Assembly: GCF_004010195.1 (NCBI RefSeq)
Contig: NC_057750.1
Location: forward strand, 6,031,151 to 6,095,150
Reading direction: 5' to 3'
DNA from: Chiloscyllium plagiosum
Taxonomy: Eukaryota
DNA length: 64,000 nt
Shown: positions 63,638 through 64,000 of the stretch, in pieces
How the letters are laid out: each line of letters opens with the position of its first letter
Position numbering within the stretch: position 1 is the stretch's first letter
Made by a program: the position numbers and the translations under genes
Notes under the pieces: generated by a model
The model's input: the letters and a program-made list of their open reading frames with translations, nothing else
Database searches by the model: none
What the model was told of the DNA's origin: nothing

Positions 63638-64000
63638 CAAAGGGAGTTTGTTTATTGGGAGCTTGTTTATTGGGGATATTCGGAACAGCATATTTAAGTC
63701 TAGTTTAGATAGATGGAGTTCTGTAAGGGTTCTTTATTCTGTTCTTTGTGTTTCATTGTGTAATTTTGTGAATAAATGTTTGTCTGTTTTAAAATCTAGT
63801 AGTCAACCTAGCTAACTTACTCCAGGTAACTGTCACTGTACACTTACCAAAACAAATTGCAAAGTTATGGTCTGGGGCTGCCTGCTTAAGAATGTTTTGA
63901 GTGGTCTGGCCTAGTCCTTAGCAATGCCTTCAGAGTAAGCATGCTCCACAATAAAAACACAGCTTTCATATTTTTCTGGACATATTCTTTTTTTTTAAGA

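Overview
Vertebrate genomic DNA, almost certainly from a cartilaginous fish (shark-type CR1 LINEs, tRNA-derived SINEs, DeuSINEs and Penelope-like elements), from a draft assembly with three N gaps (47764-48181, 57078-57804, 61160-61732). It holds one complete protein-coding gene on the minus strand: PPP5C (Ser/Thr protein phosphatase 5; TPR domain + PPP catalytic domain). It has 13 coding exons from ATG 53419 to TAG 10779 (1464 nt, 487 aa), all with GT-AG boundaries and consistent phases. Intron 6 is a U12 (minor spliceosome) intron. The rest is repeats. The most interesting non-coding signals are: (1) a set of short Penelope-derived insertions carrying minimal hammerhead-ribozyme cores, including a ~123-bp monomer with a 12-bp target-site duplication (TSD) and a perfect 190-bp palindromic dimer with a 16-bp TSD in intron 2; (2) a decayed local copy of exon 12 in intron 11; (3) a ~150-bp promoter wedged between a 41-bp minisatellite and a ~4-kb 31-bp satellite with higher-order structure; (4) a 12-nt MGI/BGISEQ adapter-like string substituted into a GA-rich satellite, probably an assembly artefact. 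Repeat boundaries are by eye and approximate. No database searches were possible.
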